In this document: in pieces, positions 59,799-64,000 of the stretch
Position numbering within the stretch: the stretch's first letter is position 1
Layout of the letters: the number at the start of each line of letters is the position of its first letter
Origin: an uncultured Actinomycetota bacterium
Lineage (GTDB): Bacteria > Actinomycetota > Actinomycetes > JAHEKZ01
Direction: 5' to 3'
NCBI GenBank assembly: GCA_963726755.1
Contig: CAVSDB010000001.1
Span: forward strand, 1,407,384-1,471,383
DNA: 64,000 nucleotides
Translations under genes and position numbers: made by a program
The notes under the pieces: model-generated
The model's input: the letters and a program-made list of their open reading frames with translations, nothing else
Told to the model about the DNA's origin: nothing
Databases searched by the model: none

Positions 59799-61226
59799 CT
59801 ACGACCGTGACGGCAAGACGCCAACCAGAAGTTGTTCCCATTCAGCCAACGACGTGTCCGGCAGAAAGTGGTCGATGACCCGTTGTCGGCCCGCGGCGCC
59901 TATTTGCGCAGCCAACTCCGGGTCGTTGAGGAGCCGATCGACCGCGCCCCCGAACTGCGGTAGATCGTGAGGCGACACCAACAGCCCACTCTCCCCATCA
60001 ACGATTTGGTCGACGATGCCACCCACCGCGGACGCCACCACTGGAGTCCCCTTGAACATGGCCTCGGTAACGGTCAAGCCGAAACCCTCGGCCAGACTCT
60101 TCTGCACGACAACTGTTGCGTGACGCTGGAGCGCGTTCACGATCAACGCGTTCTCTTCGAGGTCCGACATCGGAAGGCACACCAGCTGCACGCGGCTGCG
60201 TTGGTGGTGACGCAACGATCGCCACAGTTCCCAGGTGTGCAGCAGGACCTCAGCGGCCTCCGGATCGTCAGCAACAGCCGTGACAACCGGGCCAGCAAGG
60301 ACCAGATGAGCTTGCGTCCCGTCCAGCACGTAGTCCACGAAACCCCTCATCGTGCCGGACATGTCCTTGAGCCTGTCCCACCTACTGACCTGAACGACCA
60401 AGGGCGCATCCGGCGGCGGTGGCGGACCCGTGGAGATGATGTCAGCGAACCTCTCCACCCGGCTCGGCGTGCCGTCCGCCCTAACGAAAGGCACCGGCGG
60501 CGGAACACGACCGTCGATGATCCCGACGTACGCCAAGACGTTGGCTGCCTGTTCAGCCGCCATGAACTGGTTCTTCGGCGCGAGTGGGTCGATACTTGGC
60601 TTGATGACATGCCGCCGCTCGGCGGGAACCCAGTCTGGTGCATAACCGGCCCGGGTGAAGACATACGAGTCGACGAAGGGTTCGAGGAAAGGGCGGAGGA
60701 AGTCCCACGCTTCCGCCGTCCACTCGTTGCGCAACTCCAACCCCACGTGGCAGCGCCACACCACGGGAATCTCACGCGCGGACAGCGACTCAGCAAGCCC
60801 TGCTGTCTGGGGGTCGTGCAGGATGACGACGTCACCCTCGACCACTACAGCAGCCAGGTCATTGGCGTTTCGCCGCATCACGGCCTCGTAGTGTCCCGTT
60901 TCGGCCACATCAAGTTTTCCGTCGTCTCCTGGTTCTCCGTGGAGTCGATGGTGCATGCGTTTGGTGATGTCGAAGAACTCCGGATCGCCGTCGATGACTA
61001 ACCATCGTGCGTCGATGTCGGCGCCGCGCGTCAGAGGAAGCAGCACCTGCAACATTTCGGCCACACCGCCACCTGCCGGCGTGGAATTGATGTTGATGAC
61101 ACTGCGACCTGCCAACGCAGCACGCATAGCCGTGGCCGTCTCATCCATCAACCGGCTGGCGCGCTCACGACCGATGACCGCAGCCAACTCCAGCGGAGGT
61201 CGAGGAGCCAACCTGACCTCTTCCAT
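59799..61226 (-). CDS. GT4 glycosyltransferase, trehalose synthase (TreT-like)
   Basis: Motifs INSTPAGGGVAEML, LHDPQTAGL, WRCH, PSIDP, QVSRWDRLKD, NALQR, QKSLAEGFGLTVTEAM. Confidence 0.88.
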   Translation of the reverse strand: MEEVRLAPRPPLELAAVIGRERASRLMDETATAMRAALAGRSVININSTPAGGGVAEMLQVLLPLTRGADIDARWLVIDGDPEFFDITKRMHHRLHGEPGDDGKLDVAETGHYEAVMRRNANDLAAVVVEGDVVILHDPQTAGLAESLSAREIPVVWRCHVGLELRNEWTAEAWDFLRPFLEPFVDSYVFTRAGYAPDWVPAERRHVIKPSIDPLAPKNQFMAAEQAANVLAYVGIIDGRVPPPVPFVRADGTPSRVERFADIISTGPPPPPDAPLVVQVSRWDRLKDMSGTMRGFVDYVLDGTQAHLVLAGPVVTAVADDPEAAEVLLHTWELWRSLRHHQRSRVQLVCLPMSDLEENALIVNALQRHATVVVQKSLAEGFGLTVTEAMFKGTPVVASAVGGIVDQIVDGESGLLVSPHDLPQFGGAVDRLLNDPELAAQIGAAGRQRVIDHFLPDTSLAEWEQLLVGVLPSRS

Positions 61227-61296
61227 GCATGCAACTCTAGTGTCGCCTGTGACTCGCAGCACGAAGCATGGAGTTCAGGTCGGTGCCGTCTGCAAC

Positions 61297-61740
61297 TCAG
61301 AGGTCCCTTGGAGCGGGCGCGGGCTGCTTCAGCAACCGAGTGAGGAGCACAAGCCCAACCAGTGTGATGCCGACAACCATGAGACTTTCTCGCCCCGCGT
61401 GAAGCAGCCAAGCGAAAATCCACGACGCGACCCAAATGCTGAGTGCGAAGCCCAGGAAGCCTGCGATCGGCATCGCCCGGTAGCTGGGCGTGATGCCGAA
61501 CAGGGGTATGTGCCATGCCGCCCACACCAGACTCACCAGTCCAGCTGAGGTGACGACCGAGTGGCGTCCGCCACGAGTTGGTGTGCAACATCCGTAACCA
61601 GTATGCCAACGGCATGCACCAACTACTCGTCGCGGCATGACAGATGACGTGGGCACGTTGCTCGGCACGCTTAGACCCGAATTGACTGACCTCGTCTGAT
61701 ACACGTTCTGCCAGTGATCTTCTGTAACGGGGACCATTGG
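61297..61740 (-). pseudogene. Chimeric remnant: methyltransferase-like N-terminus joined to a CPBP (CAAX) protease fragment
   Basis: EDHWQNVYQTR followed by LVWAAWHIPLF...WIFAWL; the EExxxR motif is missing. Confidence 0.5.
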
Positions 61741-61843
61741 CCCATTCTGTCGCGGCGACGTGTCGTTCATTGCGTCCAGGTAAACTCAATCCGCACGCAC
61801 AGGAATACTGAGCCACACTCGGGCTCGCAGGAGGGCAACGTTG

Positions 61844-62047
61844 ATGCTCCAGTATCTGATCGGCGGCGTAGTCGTTGTCTTCTTGGTGCTGCTCGTCGTT
61901 GGTGGCCTGACAGGTCGGGTGAAACTTCGGAACTGCTGCAGCATCGCGAACCCCGACCACGATCTCCGCATGAGATCAACCGGGCCAGACTCGAACGCTA
62001 ATCCCCCCGCGAGTCAGGGCACCGGAAGTGGATCGCACAGCTTGTAG
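61844..62047 (+). CDS. Small membrane-anchored protein with CC motif
   Basis: TM segment then GRVKLRNCCSIANPDHDLRMR; AGGAGG RBS. Confidence 0.6.
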   Translation: MLQYLIGGVVVVFLVLLVVGGLTGRVKLRNCCSIANPDHDLRMRSTGPDSNANPPASQGTGSGSHSL

Positions 62048-62229
62048 ATGTAGTCGAAGAAAGTGAAGTACACATCGCTGCCCTTGCGCGATCGTCGACA
62101 TAGAGCCCCGCAACGTACTGGTTCACCGACGATCGTCAGCGCCGTCCTCGCCCGGACCGCGATCACTCGGATGGGTGGTTCGATGCGGACTTGGACAGCT
62201 TGCGTACAGGAAGCCGTACGCTGATGGTC

Positions 62230-62637
62230 GTGACGGCCCATGAGTTCTTCGAGCGCGTCACCATCGTCTTTGAGGTCCTCGGCGTGATTGTTCTGGTTCT
62301 TGGCCTCTTGTCAGCTTTCGTAGTGGCGGTCATCGTGTGGCGTCGGGATCACGACACCCACCGCACGATAACGACGTTCCGCAACACGTTCGGAAGTTCG
62401 CTGCTGCTGTCGCTGGAGATCCTGATCGCGGCGGACCTAACGCGGACGTTGACGATAGAACCGACACTCGCCAACGTCCTGGTCCTAGGCACGATTGTGT
62501 TGATCCGCACCGTGTTGTCGATCTCGCTCGATGTCGAGATGGACGGGGTGGCACCGTGGCGGCGGCGAGCCTTGGAGAGCGGCGGCGAGAAGTTGACCCG
62601 GACCGTGCGCAACGCGACCACTGACACCGCCACCTGA
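62230..62637 (+). CDS. DUF1622 membrane protein
   Basis: Motifs FGSSLLLSLEILIAADL, LGTIVLIRTVLS, PWRR; TACGCT 7 nt before GTG. Confidence 0.87.
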   Translation: MTAHEFFERVTIVFEVLGVIVLVLGLLSAFVVAVIVWRRDHDTHRTITTFRNTFGSSLLLSLEILIAADLTRTLTIEPTLANVLVLGTIVLIRTVLSISLDVEMDGVAPWRRRALESGGEKLTRTVRNATTDTAT

Positions 62638-62684
62638 GGGTGGCGAGATGCGTAGATTCTGGCGGTGGCTACGCGCGCAGTGCT

Positions 62685-63449
62685 CTACAAGGCGACTAAC
62701 TGGAGAAATGCGTGTCCCAGCGTCTTGCGATAACCGCCGAGGTATCCCTGGCGTTGTGATCGAGCCTTCTCGCGGACGGCTTCGGCATCGGCATGGTTTG
62801 TGTCGTGTTGGGTCAACCAGTGGGTGTAGCCCGCGCTGTACCGGGACTCGAAGTCGTCCCATTCCTCCAAGCTTGCCTCGCGCACGCCGGCAACACCGAA
62901 ACCGTGGACAACGGCCCGCTCAGTCAGCGTGGCTAGTGACACGAGCTCGTCGTCGCGTCCCGCGAGAGGTGCGGTGGCCTCAGGTGTAGGGGGCTGGCTC
63001 CAGATTCCGTCGCCGAACACCACCCGGCCGCCACGACGTACACGCTCGCGGATGGCTGTCAGAGCCGCGTCGTAATCCAGGGGTTGCCCAGCTGTAGTTG
63101 GAGGTCCCCAAACCTGGGTGGCCCCGATCGCGATCAGTGCATCGACCTGGTCCGGCCCGCTAATGGACCCCTCACCTTGCAGGAAGCTGACGCGTTTTCC
63201 TAGACCGCGCTCAGTAGCCCTGCGCTGTGCTTCGATGAGAAACGCTGGGTTGATGTCAACACCCACGCCTTCCGATAGCGGCGCATCGGCAGTGACGCGC
63301 AAGAGCAGTTCGCCCCAGCCGCAACCGACGTCGATGACGGTCCCACCGTCTTGCAGCCCCGCAGCCAGCCAAGCGGCGAGTACCGCTGCGCGTTGCTCCG
63401 ACATCGGAGACAGGAAATTAAGATCTTCGTAAAGTGGAGGTAGGCGCAT
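62685..63449 (-). CDS. Class I SAM-dependent methyltransferase
   Basis: Motifs FLSPMS, VIDVGCGWGELL, GVDI, GGRVVFGDG, EWDDFES. Confidence 0.87.
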   Translation of the reverse strand: MRLPPLYEDLNFLSPMSEQRAAVLAAWLAAGLQDGGTVIDVGCGWGELLLRVTADAPLSEGVGVDINPAFLIEAQRRATERGLGKRVSFLQGEGSISGPDQVDALIAIGATQVWGPPTTAGQPLDYDAALTAIRERVRRGGRVVFGDGIWSQPPTPEATAPLAGRDDELVSLATLTERAVVHGFGVAGVREASLEEWDDFESRYSAGYTHWLTQHDTNHADAEAVREKARSQRQGYLGGYRKTLGHAFLQLVAL

Positions 63450-63541
63450 TTCGCAACCCTTCTGCTTGACGCATCGACTCGGACGGCAGAAAGCTGCTGC
63501 GAACTCTAGGTGCCGCCGCACCTCAAACCGGGCACCCAAGA

Positions 63542-63601
63542 TTTCCACAGAATGAATGCGGAGTTTGTTGCGCTGGATGTGGGAGAGCGCGTCGTTCTTA
63601 G
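63542..63601 (-). repeat. ~60-bp dispersed intergenic repeat, copy 2 (downstream of the sigA stop)
   Basis: Minus strand reads CTAAGAACGACGCGCTCTCCCACATCCAGCGCAACAAACTCCGCATTCATTCTGTGGAAA, matching 5309-5367. Confidence 0.9.
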
Positions 63602-63604
63602 GAT

Positions 63605-64000
63605 TTAGTCGAGGTAGTCGCGGAGGACTTGCGAGCGGCTGGGGTGGCGCAGTTTGCTCATCGTCTTGGACTCGATCTGACGTATGCGCTCACGCGTAAC
63701 TCCGTAGACCTTGCCGATCTCGTCGAGCGTCTTCGGCTGTCCATCGGTGAGACCGAAACGCATCGACACAACACCGGCTTCGCGGTCCGACAACGTGTCG
63801 AGCACCGCGTGCAACTGCTCCTGCAGCAGCGTGAATGACACCGCATCCGCGGGAACAACCGCTTCAGAGTCTTCGATGAGGTCACCGAATTCGCTGTCGC
63901 CGTCTTCACCCAGCGGCGTGTGCAACGAGATGGGCTCGCGTCCATACTTCTGGACCTCGACGACCTTCTCAGGTGTCATGTCGAGTTCACGCGCAAGTTC
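63605..64000 (-). CDS. sigA: Principal RNA polymerase sigma factor (SigA/HrdB/RpoD), 3' part; truncated by the window edge
   Basis: Regions 3.2-4: [65 protein letters not shown]. Confidence 0.95.
   Translation of the reverse strand, partial: ELARELDMTPEKVVEVQKYGREPISLHTPLGEDGDSEFGDLIEDSEAVVPADAVSFTLLQEQLHAVLDTLSDREAGVVSMRFGLTDGQPKTLDEIGKVYGVTRERIRQIESKTMSKLRHPSRSQVLRDYLD

Noticed and set aside
57402-61001. Long antisense ORFs (e.g. 57402-58385 and 59967-61001; likewise 3767-4333, 8896-9588, 52029-52826)
   Set aside because: These are shadow frames of well-supported genes in high-GC DNA, with no recognisable motifs.
62014-62241. 75-aa minus-strand ORF ending YFTFFDYIYKLCDPLPVP
   Set aside because: It overlaps both neighbouring plus-strand genes and has no recognisable family or start signal. 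At most it is a remnant.
5309-63601. The two ~60-bp copies as terminal inverted repeats of a 58-kb transposon or invertible segment
   Set aside because: The enclosed DNA includes core parE in its usual orientation relative to parC and sigA. No transposase, recombinase or target duplication is visible. The inversion simply follows the opposite orientation of the two upstream genes.
10413-63604. Integron-like cassette array
   Set aside because: There is no tyrosine recombinase, no recurring attC-like element between genes, and gene orientation is mixed.
1-64000. CRISPR arrays, tRNA/rRNA genes, prophage or IS elements
   Set aside because: No regularly spaced repeats, cloverleaf or rRNA-like tracts, phage structural genes or transposase motifs were recognised by eye. 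A covariance-model search would be needed to exclude small RNAs.

Overview
High-GC actinobacterial chromosome segment. The conserved backbone is a Pat-type protein acetyltransferase, parC, a sucrase-ferredoxin gene, parE, a small Cys/His zinc-finger gene and, at the far end, the principal sigma factor sigA/hrdB. About 53 kb of accessory genes lie between the zinc-finger gene and sigA. These include: single-gene units, many apparently leaderless; a class III cyclase-STAND-TPR gene; a 9.7 kb PucR/DUF917/hydantoinase/peptide-ABC catabolic block bounded by a 33-bp direct repeat; a cytoplasmic Mo-enzyme/FNR/zinc-ribbon trio near a CxxC-less TrxB-like protein; a cupredoxin plus multicopper oxidase pair; and a P-type ATPase divergent from cydABDC, with DosR-like and CRP-like boxes between them. 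The most unusual signals are a HisA/PriA paralog with systematically replaced catalytic and phosphate-binding residues, the direct-repeat-bounded islet, a ~60-bp repeat placed after the stop codons of both parC and sigA, and a diverged 114-bp tandem duplication inside cydD. Many accessory genes are broken by small indels, most likely long-read or assembly errors. No rRNA, tRNA, CRISPR array, integrase or transposase was recognised. All family calls come from motif recognition by eye, not from database searches.
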